Shown here in pieces: positions 27,047 to 40,101 of a stretch of 64,000 bases of DNA (position 1 is the first letter of the stretch; every line of letters starts with the position of its first letter). A program made the position numbers and the translations under genes. Origin of the DNA: Heterodontus francisci (taxonomy: Eukaryota); assembly GCF_036365525.1 (NCBI RefSeq), contig NC_090421.1:6576725-6640724 (forward strand), in the 5' to 3' direction. Under the pieces are notes generated by a model. The model was not told the DNA's origin, ran no database searches, and was given only the letters and a program-made list of their open reading frames with translations.

Positions 27047-27728
27047 CTAAAACGTAGTCATAAAAAAAAACCTTAGAACTGAAATGTAATGAAGCTTAGT
27101 TAGAAAGTCAAAGCAATTTTATAATAAACCACCTAACTGGCATACAATGTAAATTAACACTAATTTCAGGGGGACTAGTTAAATCGCCCTTGTTAGTTTT
27201 CCAACCAAATTTACAATATTAACTTCTAGAATATGCCAGGATAAATTAAAGTTTAATTTCAGCACTGTCATGGTTCATTCTACATAAGGTTTGGTCAAAT
27301 TTTCTCGTGAGGGAAGCAGTTCTATTAAGAGGGGCTTTTCTCTTCAGAAGACAATAGGTTAAGCAGTTTGAATAGTTGGAAACATGTTTTTGTTATACGT
27401 AGAACTACAGCCGGAGGTATGTATATTCAAGAGAAGAAAAAGTAAAAAAGACATTTTCTTTCACAAAAGGGTGATCAATCACCTGCTTTGGAGCTTGTTC
27501 CATATACTGGAAAGAAAACTTCGAGGGGTTTCAAAAAATACATTTTCCTGGCATCCAAACACATACATACATGCATGTGTATAGAGCTGTGTCATCAGAA
27601 AGAATGGGAATAATTGGATGGGCAAGATAGATGGACCAATGGTTTTCTCCTACCTGTAATACATTACTACACTAGTGGCACTACTAAAGAAAAAAAAAAA
27701 TGGATAAACCAAAGTGCTGCAAGTATTT

Positions 27729-28797
27729 ACATACGAACATATGAATTAGGAGCAGGAGTAAGCCACTTGGCCCTTCGAGCCTGCTCTGCCATTCAACAAA
27801 ATCAGGGCTGAGCTGATTGTAACCTCACCTCCACATTCCCACCTACCCCCAATAACCTTTCACCCCCTTGCTTATCAAGAATCTATCTCCCTCTGCCTTA
27901 AAAATATTTAAAGACTCTGCTTCCACAGCCTTTTAAGGAAGCGTTCCAAAGACTCTCAACCCTCAGAAAAAAATTCTCCTCATCTGCATCTTAAATGGGC
28001 GACACCTTATTTTTAAACAGTGACCTCTAGTTCTAGATTCTCCCATAAGAGTCTGCGTGGGTTTTCGCCGGGTACTCCGGTTTCCTCCCACCACCAAAAG
28101 ACTTGCAGGTTGATAGGTAAATTGGCCATTATAAATTGCCCCCAGTATAGGTAGGTGGTAGGGGAATAGAGGGACAGGTGGGGATGTGTTAGGAATATGG
28201 GATTAGTGTAGGATTAGTATAAATGGGTGGTTGATGGTCGGCACAGACTCGGTGGGACGAAGGGCCTGTTTCAGTGCTGTATCACTAAATAAATAAAACA
28301 AATAAAGAGGAAACATCCTTTCCACATCCACCCTGTCAAGACCCCTCAGAATCTTATCTGTTTCAATCAAGTCGCCTCTTACTCTTCTAAATTCCAGCGG
28401 ATACAAGCCGAGCCTGTCCAATCTTTCCTCATAAGACAACCCGCCCATTCCAGATATTAGTCTAGTAAACCTTCTCTGAACTGCTTCCAATGCATTTACA
28501 TCCTTCCTTAAATAAGGAGACCAATACTGTACACAGTACTCTAGATGTGGTCTCACCAATGCTCTGGATAACTGAAGCATAACCTCCCTACTATTGTATT
28601 CAAATTCCCCTCGTAATAAACGATAACATTCTATTCGCTTTCCTAATTACGCTGTACCTGCATACTAACCTTTTGCAATTCATGCACTAGGGCACCTAGA
28701 TCCCTCTGCATCCTCTCACCATTTAGATAATATGCTTCTTTTTTATTCTTCCTGCCAAAATGGACAATTTCACATTTTCCCACATTATGCTCCATTT
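27729..28797 (-). mobile_element. CR1 3' portion with nested SINE
   Basis: ORF HLEYCVQYWSPYLRKDVNALEAVQRRF; tail at 27729; very similar to the 3' part of the 4757 copy. Confidence 0.92.
28051..28304 (+). mobile_element. HE1-like V-SINE, 5'-truncated, inside CR1
   Basis: V-domain gtctgcgtgggttt..ccggg..ctccggtttcctccca and CR1-derived tail gaagggcctgtttcagtgctgtat(taaa)n. Confidence 0.88.
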
Positions 28798-28857
28798 TTA
28801 TTAGGTGACACCAAGCTTGGGTTTTGAAAGCCTCAAGTTTTATGTTCTAATCCCTAC

Positions 28858-29090
28858 CTGATCGAGTTGTTTCTGGATTTTGCTCTGTTGCTCTGTAACT
28901 CGTTTAAGTTTTTCTGCATCTGCCTCGGGGAACTCGCGTCCTGCCTTCTTAGCTGTCCGTTGCTTAGCACATAATGCTTTCCTGGACTTCCTGTGGACAC
29001 CAATCTGTTCCTCTAAAAATTTCAGCTGCATTTGAAGCAGCTGTTGTGTATGGAGCAGCCATTCTTCATATTGACGGTGTTCTGCCTCAT
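28858..29090 (-). CDS. KMT2D: KMT2D exon (exon 38 equivalent), 233 bp, coiled coil
   Basis: gttctag|AT GAG GCA... encodes EAEHRQYEEWLLHTQQLLQMQLKFLEEQIGVHRKSRKALCAKQRTAKKAGREFPEADAEKLKRVTEQQSKIQKQLDQ; donor CAG|gtaggg. Confidence 0.97.
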
Positions 29091-29290
29091 CTAGAACACA
29101 AGAACCAAACATGAGTAAGACAAATACCACAACTGGCGTATCCAAAATGTTAAGTTCTTCAAGTGTGCAATTTTCTAACAGTTACATGAATGCATTATAC
29201 AGGACATAGGTTTAGCTCCTATAAATTTAAAAGGGGAAAATTTGTTCAATTAAATATTTTGTGAATGGCTTTTTAAAAAATTAGAATTGG

Positions 29291-30494
29291 CAAGAACAAA
29301 GAAAATTACAGCACAGGAACAGGCCCTTTGGCCCTCCAAGCCTGCGCCGATCCAGATTCTCTATCTAAACCTGTCGCCTATTTTCTAAGGGTCTGTATCT
29401 CTTTGCTTCCTGCCCATTCATGTATCTGTCTAGATACATCTTAAAAGACGCTATCGTGCCTGCGTCTACCACCTCCGCTGGCAACGCGTTCCAGGCACCC
29501 ACCACCCTCTGCGTAAAGAACTTTCCACGCATATCCCCCCTAACTTTGAACTCGTGACCCCCTAGTAACTGAATCCCCCACTCTGGGAAAAAGCTTCTTG
29601 CTATCCACCCTGTCTATACCTCTCATGATTTTGTACACCTCAATCAGGTCCCCCCTCAACCTCCGTCTTTCTAATGAAAATAATCCTAATCTACTCGACC
29701 TCTCTTCATAGCTAGCGCCCTCCATACCAGGCAACATCCTGGTGAACCTCCTCTGCACCCTCTCCAAAGCATCCACATCCTTTTGGTAATGTGGCGACCA
29801 GAACTGCACGCAGTATTCCAAATGTGGCCAAACCAAAGTCCTATACAACTGTAACATGACCTGCCAACTCTTGTACTCAATACCCCGTCCGATGAAGGAA
29901 GGCATGCCGTATGCCTTCTTGACCACTCTATTGACCTGCGTTGCCACCTTCAGGGAACAATGGACCTGAACACCCAAATCTCTCTGTACATCAATTTTCC
30001 CCAGGACTTTTCCCCTTACTGTATAGTTCACTCTTGAATTGGATCTTCCAAAATGCATCGCCTCGCATTTGCCCTGATTGAACTCCATCTGCCATTTCTC
30101 TGCCCAACTCTCCAGTCTATCTATATTCTGCTGTATTCTCTGACAGTCCCCTTCACTATCTGCTACTCCACCAATCTTAGTGTCGTCTGCAAACTTGCTA
30201 ATCAGACCACCTATATTTTCCTCCAAATCATTTATGTATATCACAAACAGTGGTCCCAGCACAGATCCCTGTGGAACACCACTGGTCACAAGTCTCCATT
30301 TTGAGAAACTCCCTTCCACTACTACTCTCTGTCTCCTGTTGCCCAGCCAGTTCTTTATCCATCTAGCTAGTACACCCTGGACCCCATGCGACTTCACTTT
30401 CTCCACCAGCCTACCATGGGGAACCTTATCAAACGCCTTACTGAAGTCCATGTATATGACATCTACAGCCCTTCCCTCATCAATCAACTTTGTC
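29291..30494 (-). mobile_element. Young CR1 3' portion with a long open RT frame (318 aa)
   Basis: YMDFSKAFDKVPH, GVPQGSVLGP, KFADDTK, HLEYCVQFWSP; same subfamily as the 11431 copy. Confidence 0.94.
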
Positions 30495-31512
30495 AATTGT
30501 TAACAATTCAAAAATAACTCCCTTTTCAAAAAAAACAAGTCAAAGTGGATGCAGAATCTCGCAACTGAATGCAATTATCTCCACGGCTGCTTACTTTGAG
30601 AGTTTGTCAAAAATGCAATGTATGACGAGGAGCTTTTTTTAAATAAAAGAAACATACGCAAATACTGGCATACCAAGTGTGCAGGACTTCAATGCATGAC
30701 TGAGATTGACATGAGCAATGTACCAGACATATCCACAATTCTTTTTCCTCTTCACATACTGCAGGTGTATATTATTTTTGGAGTTTTGTTTTAGAAAGGT
30801 TTCTTTGGTCATTTTGATACTCGCACTGGGAAGCCAAACATTTTCCTATGGACTCCATAAAGTTCACGTCTTTCCAGCCTGAATCTTAAAAGAGCAGCAC
30901 TAACTGCACCAATTTGTCATTTTTTCCAATTCCCACACCAGTTTTCCCCATCCCGCCACCCCATAACCTGAGTGTGCTGATTTAGGGGCAGCTTCATGCT
31001 GTTTATGAGCTGGTTTGAGACTGCCCACACAGAACTCTTACAGATAGAAGAGACCAATATCCCATCATTTGGGACTGGATGTGAACCCAAAAGGGCAGGG
31101 CAGCATGCCAACCCACTGTGCCACCTGGTACCTAGGAGATTTAAGATTCACTACAATTTACAACTGGAATTTTGCTCCAGATCTAACTGAATACTGATCT
31201 TATTGGGGAAATTTCCCAGCCATTTCCATTGGTTTAACTTTCATAGTCTAAGTGCTATTGCCACAATGAAAATAATACTGAATCATATCACAAAACAGCC
31301 CAACAAATCAAACTAAGATAAATTTATCCCAGAACAGAATGATTCACTGAACAAATGACAGCTATGGCGACAAGTCAATCAACTTTGGCAAGCAGAAATT
31401 ACAGCTTTGCCAGTAAATTTGCAGGATTTTCCCATTAAGCAAACACAGGCAGTGGCGCAGTGGTTAGCACTGATTAGTGTACAGGGATTATTATTATTTT
31501 TTTTTTATAAAA

Positions 31513-31843
31513 GAGATACAGCACTGAAACAGGCCCTTCGGCCCACCGATTCTGCGCCGACCATCAACCACCCATTTATACTAATCCTACACTAATCCCA
31601 TATTCCTACCACATCCCCACCTGTCCCTATATTTCCCTACCACCTACCTATACTAGGGGCAATTTATAATGGCCAATTTACCTACCAACCTGCAAGTCTT
31701 TTGGCTTGTGGGAGGAAACCGGAGCACCCGGAGAAAACCCACGCAGACACAGGGAGAACTTGCAAACTCCACACAGGCAGGACCCAGAATTGAACCCGGG
31801 GCGCTGGAACTGAGAGGCTGCGGTGCTAACCACTGCGCCGCCC
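31513..31843 (-). mobile_element. Full-length HE1-like V-SINE nested in an opposite-strand SINE remnant (31451-31943)
   Basis: tRNA-like head (ggcgcagtggttagcac A box, ggttcaattc B box), V-domain, CR1 tail; TSD ttagtgta at 31474-31481 and 31844-31851. Confidence 0.9.
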
Positions 31844-33111
31844 TTAGTGTAGGATTAGTATAAATTGGTGGTTGATGGTCGGCACAGACTCGGTGGGCCG
31901 AAGGGCCTGTTTCAGTGCTGTATCTCTAAACTAAACTAAACTAGCTTGAAGCCCTAAGCTAGCAAGCTTGGGCAAATAGCAGAGAACCATGCCACGAAAT
32001 CAACAGCAAACATGTTCCACGGAATTGTTGATGACCCCAATTGGCAGTCTGCAGAATTTTCCAGCTTCGGGCTGTTACTGTACACTCCTATGAATGGAAA
32101 CTCAAAGGTTTAACTTTGCTGCTTATGTAAAAGAAAGTATACAGGTCATACAGATTCTGGGAGGAAACCTATAGCAACAAAAATGAAGATATTTAAAATC
32201 TGGTTTGGCTTGGTGGCTATTCTATTAAATCCAGTCACAATACATAAGCAGTTTAAAAAGCTAACAGCAATTAAACTCCTCATCTCCGGCCTGAGCTCAT
32301 ACAAATGTTGCAAAGTGGTTCAAATTGACATTTGGACTGCAGGCTTGTTAGGAAGAGCCAAACACACTGGGTTCTGATGAAAGGTCATTGACCTGAAACG
32401 TTAACTCTTGTTTCTCTCACCACAGATGCTGTCAGACCTGCTGAGTTTCCAGCACTTTCTGTTGTTACACTGAGTTTTGTTAAGTGTATGACAACTGTTA
32501 GTTCTGAATCTGGCTGTCAGTTGAAATCTACAACTGTTGGGGAAATGTATTTGTGCTGGAACTGCGTTGGGTACAAACGAGTTGAAAGTGCGTGGAACCC
32601 TCAAGAATTAAGTCAGGTTGGCTCAGCTTCCACAGTTGCAACCATTACAAGGATCAGTGTGTAGGTGAAATGTTCATCTAAAAGAATAGCAATTTAGTAC
32701 AGAGGTTGTGTCATTTTCATTCTGCAGAATGCCAGAAAAAGCTTTTCTTGCCACTTAGCAAGTAGCACCTTTCTGAAACTTGCCAAAATTAAGGTTCACA
32801 TTTTTGACAAGTGAAACTTTAACCAGAGGAAATTAATTCTAAAAATTTAGAAGAGTGTACAAGAGCTACTACAGGTCAAAGGTAACAAACCAAGTAGAAA
32901 AATGGCTACAGAGTACAAAAATATGACCTTTAGCTACTCAAACATGAGGCTCTCATTCTTCTGGCCGAAACAAAAGCTATTTTCCAAATGAACATGTTTA
33001 GTCGTACAGTATTACATTAACATTAAATGTAGATTTTTTAAAAAGTCCTGAACAGCAAAACCTCCAACAACCACACAATCAGTTCACTAATAAAATAAGC
33101 TGAAGACTTAC

Positions 33112-33178
33112 TGATAAACCCTTGGACAAAGGTTGGTGGATTTGGCCGAGTCTGCACCTGGTCACTATTAGCTTCCTG
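33112..33178 (-). CDS. KMT2D: KMT2D exon (exon 37 equivalent), 67 bp (NAGNAG alternative start 33175)
   Basis: ttgccag|CAG|GAA... encodes QEANSDQVQTRPNPPTFVQGFI; donor A|gtaagt; RPNPPTF motif conserved. Confidence 0.92.
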
Positions 33179-33449
33179 CTGGCAAATAGAAAACTTACAA
33201 TCAATAAAGGATTCATACGGATGTGAAATCAGTTTATGCACACAGGCATTCAGAATTAATATCTGTAACATCTAGCTGTAGAACTGCATTAAGGATTTGC
33301 TCTTTTAGACAGTTCTTTAATTCTGTTCAGCACTGTCTTTATCTTCCTTCCTTTTCTCTTTGTAGCTGCAACATTCTTTTCTTTATCACTGTACAACTCT
33401 ATTTTTCTACTGGTTCTGTCATTATCCACTTTGTTAGGCAAAACAAAAA

Positions 33450-34215
33450 TACAGTATGCCTTAAATGGAGGGGCGCTGGGAAGTGTTGAACTTCAAAGGA
33501 ACTTGGGTGTCCTTGTTCATGAGTCACTGAAAGCTAAAATGCAGGTACAGCAAGCAATTAAGGCAGCAAATGGTATGTTGGCCTCTATTAAAAGAGGATT
33601 TGTGTATAGGTGTAAAGATATCTTACAGCAATTATATAGAGCCTTGGTGAGTCCACACCTGGAGTATTGTGTGCAGTTTTGGTCTCATTATCTAAGGAAA
33701 TATATACTTGCCATAGAGAGAGTGCAATGAAGGTTGACCAAACTAATCCCTGGGATGGAGGGATTGTTCTATGAGGAAAGATTAAATAGACTAGGCCTTT
33801 ATTCTCTGGAGTTTAGATGAATGAGAGGTGATCTCATTCAAACATACAAAATTCTTACAGGGCTCGACAGGGTAGATACAGGAAGGATGTTTCCCCTGGC
33901 TGGAGAGTCTGGAACCAGGCGACACATTCTCAGAATAAGGGGCAGACCATTTAGGATTGAGATGAGGAGGAATTTCTTCACTCAGAAGGTGGCGAATCTT
34001 TGGAATTCTCTGCCCCAGAGGGCTGTGGAGGTTCAGTCGTTGAGTATATTCAAGACTGAGATCGATAGCTTTCTACATATTAAAAACATCTAGGGATACA
34101 GGAATAGTGCAGGAAAATGGTGTTGAAGTAGATCAGTCATGATCTCATTGAATGGTGGAGTGGGCTCGAAGGGCTGAATGGCCTACTCCTGCTCCTATTT
34201 CTTATGTTATGTTCA
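33450..34215 (+). mobile_element. CR1 3' portion
   Basis: QRNLGVLV, HLEYCVQFWS, RGDLIQTYKIL; CR1 tail. Confidence 0.9.
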
Positions 34216-35981
34216 TTCTAGCTGTATGTCTCTCCTCTGTACGTCCCCAATATCTCTTGACTGATGCATTCAATACCTATCTTTTAAAAACATTTTTAAA
34301 AATTACTTTTTAAATAAAAGGTCCAGAGTATGCAGGAATATGGGAAGCAACAGATGAGGATGGAGGTGGGGATGGAAAGAGGCTGTACCATGGATTGTTG
34401 AGAGAGAGAAGGTGGGACAGAGGGGCAGGCTCGAGAAATTTGGACTGGGTGAGGTGGTGGTCAGACATGCACTGTGGCCAGAAGGAAGCAAGATGCTGAT
34501 GTTGGATTGTAAAAGGGAACAGGTAGGCTGTGGCCTACAGCGATGGGACAATGGCTGGGCCCAAGAATAACAAGGGTTTAAGGGTTAAAAGCACTGGAGT
34601 CTGGGAATCTTAAGATTCTGATTGGAAGTCTGGAAGGAGTTTGGGGTTGCGATAGTTCTGGCAGCACTCATGAAGGAGACACATTCCTGGGGCATGGGAC
34701 AACTCGAGGAGTGGCAGATGAAGGTGAGAGCACTCAAAAGGGTTGGGGGGAGGGGAGGAGGGATGGTAGTCTGAAGAATGGGGAGACCCAGGAAGCTGGT
34801 GATCTGGTTGAGGTAAATAGGGGATAATGGAATCTATGGGTAGTCTAGGAGAGGGTTGGCAGCACAAAGCACAGTGGGATATGGAGCCACTGCAGCGTGG
34901 AAGTCTGGGGGTAGTTACACTGAGGAGAACTGGGCTGTGGGAGCACATACTGGGGAGACAGAAGCTGCAGCACTACTGGAGAATACAGAGGTTGGAAACA
35001 GTCATGGACCACTGCTGGGCTCCTTGCACTGGCCCAGATCTGGGAGTAGGGGCACCAGCCAGAAGTTACAAAGAGCAAAGTGGTGAACAAGCAGCCCCGC
35101 ATAGAAGGCAGAGTTGAAGAGGTTATGAAAATGTTTTTAAATGGGTTACAAGTTAGACACCTGGAGGGCAGGATCACCATTAAAAGCTCTTGTATCTCAT
35201 ACAAGAGGCCAGTGCTGGGAACATCCAACTTGGATGAATGAAACCCCTAAAAGCTCTGGAGCAAGCTCTGGGATTTCTAAGGCCCTCCACTAGCATTTTT
35301 TTCAAGCAATATGTGCACATTATAACCAATATTACCGAAAACTTGACGATTCAATAGTCTGTAAAATAAAAAGTCTCTATTTCTCTTCCCCACATCATTT
35401 CTGTCTGTCTGATATATCACTCTAGTCTCTCTCTTTCTTTTCCCACACCACAGTCTGCCTCTCTCCCACTGCCATACCACTGTGTGCTGCCTTTGTTCCC
35501 TGCAACTGTCTCTCTACTCACTTGTTACTCTCTCCTGTGCCACTGCCCATCTCTCCCACCCCTTGTGTTTTTCTCTTTCTCCCCCGTCCTTAAGCCTCTA
35601 TCCTGAGTTACTGCTGTCGTAGTCCTTCCTCAATAACGATTTTATCATGAGCTGTTACCGTTTTGACTCTTCAACTGTGTGTGGCATACAATTAGTAAAA
35701 TACAGCAGAAATGAAAAATAAGTGGGAAGAACTCCGGATAGTTTGGAGGTGGTAGTGTGGAATGATTCCAGGTGGGTTGGGGCAGGCCGCTGAAAGGAAT
35801 GAACTAGGTCAGCAGAACTTAAGCATAATTACCAAAAGCATAAGAATAGCAACTCTCAAATCCTTCTGCACAACTCCAGATTCCGAGGTCAGTGCTGTTC
35901 ACAAAATAAAATTCCACAATATCTACTCATTGTAAAAGCCCAATACATGACCCTGAGCCAGTTTTAAAGAGGTGGAAATAC

Positions 35982-36069
35982 CTGACTGTTTCCAGGTGGC
36001 AATTTAGTCTGTGCCTCATTTGCTCCTGGAGCCCCAGCCAACCTCTGTGCCAACAATGAAACCTGCTGT
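35982..36069 (-). CDS. KMT2D: KMT2D exon (exon 36 equivalent), 88 bp, absent from the ORF track
   Basis: gtttag|A CAG CAG GTT TCA... encodes (R)QQVSLLAQRLAGAPGANEAQTKLPPGNSQ; donor CAG|gtattt; resembles human RQQVSLLAQRLSGG. Confidence 0.93.
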
Positions 36070-36309
36070 CTAAACATCCATAAAAAAAATTGATTAATCA
36101 TAAACATTTGACAAGTGACTTTTCATCTGCTACAGTTGGTTAGTTTTAAAATTAAAAACTCCAAAATTCTTTTAAGTTTAAACCTGATTTTCACCAATTC
36201 ACAATTCCCATTCTAGATTATATATAGTAATTTTATTTGTCTGGATTACTTTTACCTAAATCTCCTTATTTTGCATAAAATCAATTAAAACAATGATAGC
36301 AAAACTTAC

Positions 36310-36433
36310 CTGTTCATCCCTGGTGCGACAGTGATGTTCCCTTGTGCCATGACCTTTTTAATTCCCTTCAATGCCACCATTTTTGCCTTGGCAATTGGAT
36401 CCATGATATCATCGGCTGCAAATTTATCCAAAT
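36310..36433 (-). CDS. KMT2D: KMT2D exon (exon 35 equivalent), 124 bp
   Basis: tttgtag|ATTTGGAT... encodes DLDKFAADDIMDPIAKAKMVALKGIKKVMAQGNITVAPGMNR; donor AG|gtaagt. Confidence 0.96.
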
Positions 36434-37127
36434 CTACAAAGAGATATATTCTGGTAAAACTGTTCACAATGCAACACCTTAGAACTTTTCCTAGAAAATT
36501 GAGCCCTTCACATGAGAAGCAGTCAAGTTTAATTTTGACACTTGGATTCACATATTACTAAATAAATTCAGTCAGAATCTGTGTAAACAAGTGGTGGAGT
36601 GTGGGGAGGGAGAATAGAGTTGTAGATGTTGTGAAACTTGATGTTTTGCACAACTTTGTAAAATCTTAAATATATTATACCGGGGTGGGCGAGAATTAAA
36701 CACTATGAAAACATAATTCTGTTCAACTTTGGCCTGAGTGTCAACCAGAAAAACCTGCTCAAATTATATATCCATCAAATCAGTCTCTGGTCAGTCATCT
36801 AAGAGATCAGATTTTCCATTCCAGGTATTAATCATAGTGCCAACCAAATTTAAATACTTACTACTGGTTGATACTCAAAATCTTTTCAATCTATACAACA
36901 CACCAAGTTATAATATGCTTCAATACATCCATATCACATGGTAGAGGGACATCATTAACTTCCTACCGAATGGAGAAATTTGTCAAAATGAAAATGCATG
37001 CAATTGCCCTACAATTGAGAAAAAGTACTGCTGATTGGCTTACATTCAAAATACATCCTATGAAAAGAAAACCAGCCCACGTGGAGCAACAGCAGCAGAA
37101 AGGAAGAGGTGGTCAAGATCAAGATAG

Positions 37128-37520
37128 TTCACCTACCTGATAGGATCATCTTCATTGTTTGAATGACGTTCATCCTTCACACACAATACGAGTATAGCCT
37201 ACCTTGATAGATTCTGAGGAAACCACATGGCGGACAATCACATGAAAATGTTGTCATAATGTTGCAGATAGGTGTTGCTGAAGGCTATCTCTTACTTCCA
37301 CATTGTATAAAACACTAGGGCTTGCACAATTGCATCAATTCATTTAGACCTGAAGCCAAAATGAAACTAGCTCAAACACAACCCTTCCATCACCAAATAT
37401 ACTCTTGCATGGATGGATGGGTGGAATCCAGGTGACTGGAGGATACGCAAAGAATGAAGATGACCCTACCAGGTAAACAATCTATCTTCTTCATTTGCAT
37501 TCCTCCACACACTATAAAGC
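37128..37520. mobile_element. DIRS-like terminal remnant (inverted plus direct terminal motifs)
   Basis: acctgataggatcatcttcattgtttg is inverted relative to caaagaatgaagatgaccctaccaggt, followed by a direct copy of tcttcat..cctccacacac; homologous to 59340-59425 on the minus strand. Confidence 0.45.
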
Positions 37521-37779
37521 ATATCCATGTGGAAGTGATTTAGGATGAGGGAAGCCCCTGCATAACAGCCATAATACCAGCTGTCAGCATCACTTTGTTA
37601 AAGTTGTTGCCATTCTTGGCAGTTAAACCTCGACAGTCATGTTTAGCAAATTTGTGAGAAGTGCTACAAGTGGTAGTCTTGCATTTGTCATAATTTGAGA
37701 CCGAGAAATATCCAGGAAGCAGTAATGAAATAGATAAAATGACATTTAAGTTGCCACCTGGTGTTCTTCCTTGCAAGAT

Positions 37780-38070
37780 TAAAATAACTTGTATTTTATA
37801 TAATGCTTTGTCATGTCACTCAAACCTCCCAAATATTTCACATACAATGAATTACCATTTAGTACCTATATATGAATACACAGAAGTCATTTTTCACCAA
37901 GCAAGACCTCACAATCAGCACAGATAAATGTCATTCAGTTTTTGGCAGTTGATTCAGGGAGGAATGTTGTCAAAGCATCAGAAGACTCCTCACAAGATCT
38001 TTTAACACCCACCTCAACCACTAGACAGGCCCTTAACGGACAATAGCTGCGCAGGATGCACTCATCCATC
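37780..38070 (-). mobile_element. Decayed Deu/SacSINE1-like SINE
   Basis: Colinear with the 59911 copy (L2-like tail, agcaagacctcac, ggaggaatg, gatctttta). Confidence 0.45.
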
Positions 38071-38343
38071 CATTTTACTTTACACTGCTTAGATATTCTT
38101 TTGCTTTTAGTTCTTGATCCAGAAGGAACTGTCAAGACTTTCTAAATTGCTGGATGAGATATAAATGGGGTTTGTGAGCAGATGTGCGACTGGAAACAAT
38201 ATTCTTGTTCTGACTCCTGTGGCAGCAGATGAAATAATGAGAAGCGAATGGGAAGGGATTGCAGATAAAATGCCAAAGAGTCTGACGATCATCAACAGTG
38301 CTGCTTTCAATGTAAGAAACTTAAAAACTCAAGCATCCAAAGT

Positions 38344-40101
38344 GCGAACATATGAATTAGGAGCATTAGGCGGCCATTCGGCCTCGAGTCTGCTCCGCTA
38401 TTCAATAAGATCATGGCTGATCGGTTTGTGTTTCGAATTTCACACTCCCATCACCCCAATAACCCTGGATTCCCTTGCCTAACAAGAATCTATCTATCTC
38501 CGCCTTAAAAATATTCAATGACCCTGCCTCCACCACCTGATGAGGCAGAGTGTTCCAAAGTCGCACAACCCTCAGAAAAAACTTCTCCATCTCTGTCCTA
38601 AAAGGGTGACCCCTAATTTTAAAACAATGCCCCCCTCGTCCTGGACTCATCCACATGAGGAAGCATCCTCTCCACATCCACCCTGTTTAGACTGTTCAGG
38701 ATCTTATAAACTTCAATCAAGTCGCCCTTCATTCTTCTAAACTCCAGTGAAAACAAGCCCAGTCTGTCCAACCTTTCCTCATAAGACAACCCGCTGATTT
38801 CAGGTATCAATCTAGTAAACCTCCTCTGAACCACCTCCAATGCATTTACATCCTTCCTTAAATAAGACGACCAAAACTGCACACAGTATTTGAGATGTGG
38901 TCTCACCAATGCCCTGTGTAACTGAAGGATAACATCCTTACTTTTATTTTCAATTCCTCTCGTAATAAAGGATAGCATTCCATTAGCCTTATTACCTGCT
39001 GTACCTGCATATTAACTTTTTGCAACTTCTGCACTAGAACACCTAGATCCCTCTGCACTCGGAATTTTACAGTCGTTCTCCGTTTAAGTAATGCTCTGCT
39101 TTTTTATTCTTCCTGCCAAAGTGAACAACTTCACATTTTCCCCCATTATACTCCATCTGTCAGATTTTTGCCCACTCACTCAACCTATCTATAATCAGTC
39201 CACAACCTCATGTCCTCTTCGCAACATACTTTCCTACCTATCTTTGTGTCATCTACAAATTTAGCTACCATGCCATTGCTCCCCTCATCCAAGTCATTGA
39301 TATAAATTGTAAAAAGTTGAGGCCCTGGCACAGACCCCTGTAGGACTCCACTTGTCACATCTTGCCAATCAGTAAAGGACCCATTTATGCATAGTCTCGG
39401 TTTTCTGCCAGCCAGCCAATCTTCTATCCATGTTAATATGTTACCCCCTACACCATGAGCTCCTACTATGTGCAATAACCTTTTATGTGGCACCTTGTCA
39501 AATGCCTTCTGGAAATCCAAGTACAGTACGTCAACGGGCTCCCCTTTACCCACAGCGCATATTACTCCTTCAAAGAACTCCAACAAATTGGTTAAGTATG
39601 ATTTCCCTTTCACAAAACTATGCTGACTATTCCCGATTACCTTGAGTTTTTCTCAAGTGCCCAGCTACAACCTCCTTAATGATCAATTCTAACACCTTCC
39701 ATTAAGCTAACTGGCCTATTAGTTACCTGTTTCCTGCCTCCCCCCTTCTTGAATAGAGGGGTTATATTTACTACTTTCCAGTCTGATGGAACCTTACCAG
39801 AATCTAGCAAATTTTGAAAAATTAACACCAACGCACCTACTCCCTCATTAGCCACCTCTTTTAAGACCTTAGGATGAAGTCCATCAGGACCCGAGGACTT
39901 GTCAGCCCACAGCTCCATCAGTTTGGTCAGTACCGCTTCCCTGGTGATTGCAATTTCACCAAATTCCTCTCTTCCTTTCACCTCCTGATTTACAGCTATT
40001 GCCAGAATGTTTTTTGTATCCTCTATAGTGAAGACAGAGGCAAAATATTTCATTGCATCCACCATTTCCTTATTATCTACTACTAGCTCCCCATTCTCAC
40101 T
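38344..40101 (-). mobile_element. CR1 LINE (RT region to tail), 5' end disrupted by an inverted duplication
   Basis: ORFs 38619-38978, 39185-39613, 39676-40065 with CR1 motifs (GPDGLHP, YLDFQKAFDKVPH). Confidence 0.92.

Noticed and set aside
29540-30496. 318-aa reverse-transcriptase ORF as a domesticated gene or retron-like system
   Set aside because: Ordinary 5'-truncated young CR1 with a standard tail; the ORF start is simply the truncation point.
31770-31843. tRNA gene-like A/B boxes (also near 44951, 50030-50092, 53455-53519)
   Set aside because: These are tRNA-derived SINE heads attached to V-domain and CR1 tails.
34340-35120. G/A-rich stretch with several short ORFs
   Set aside because: Probably a decayed LINE 5' region on the minus strand; no recognisable protein or frame-compatible exon.
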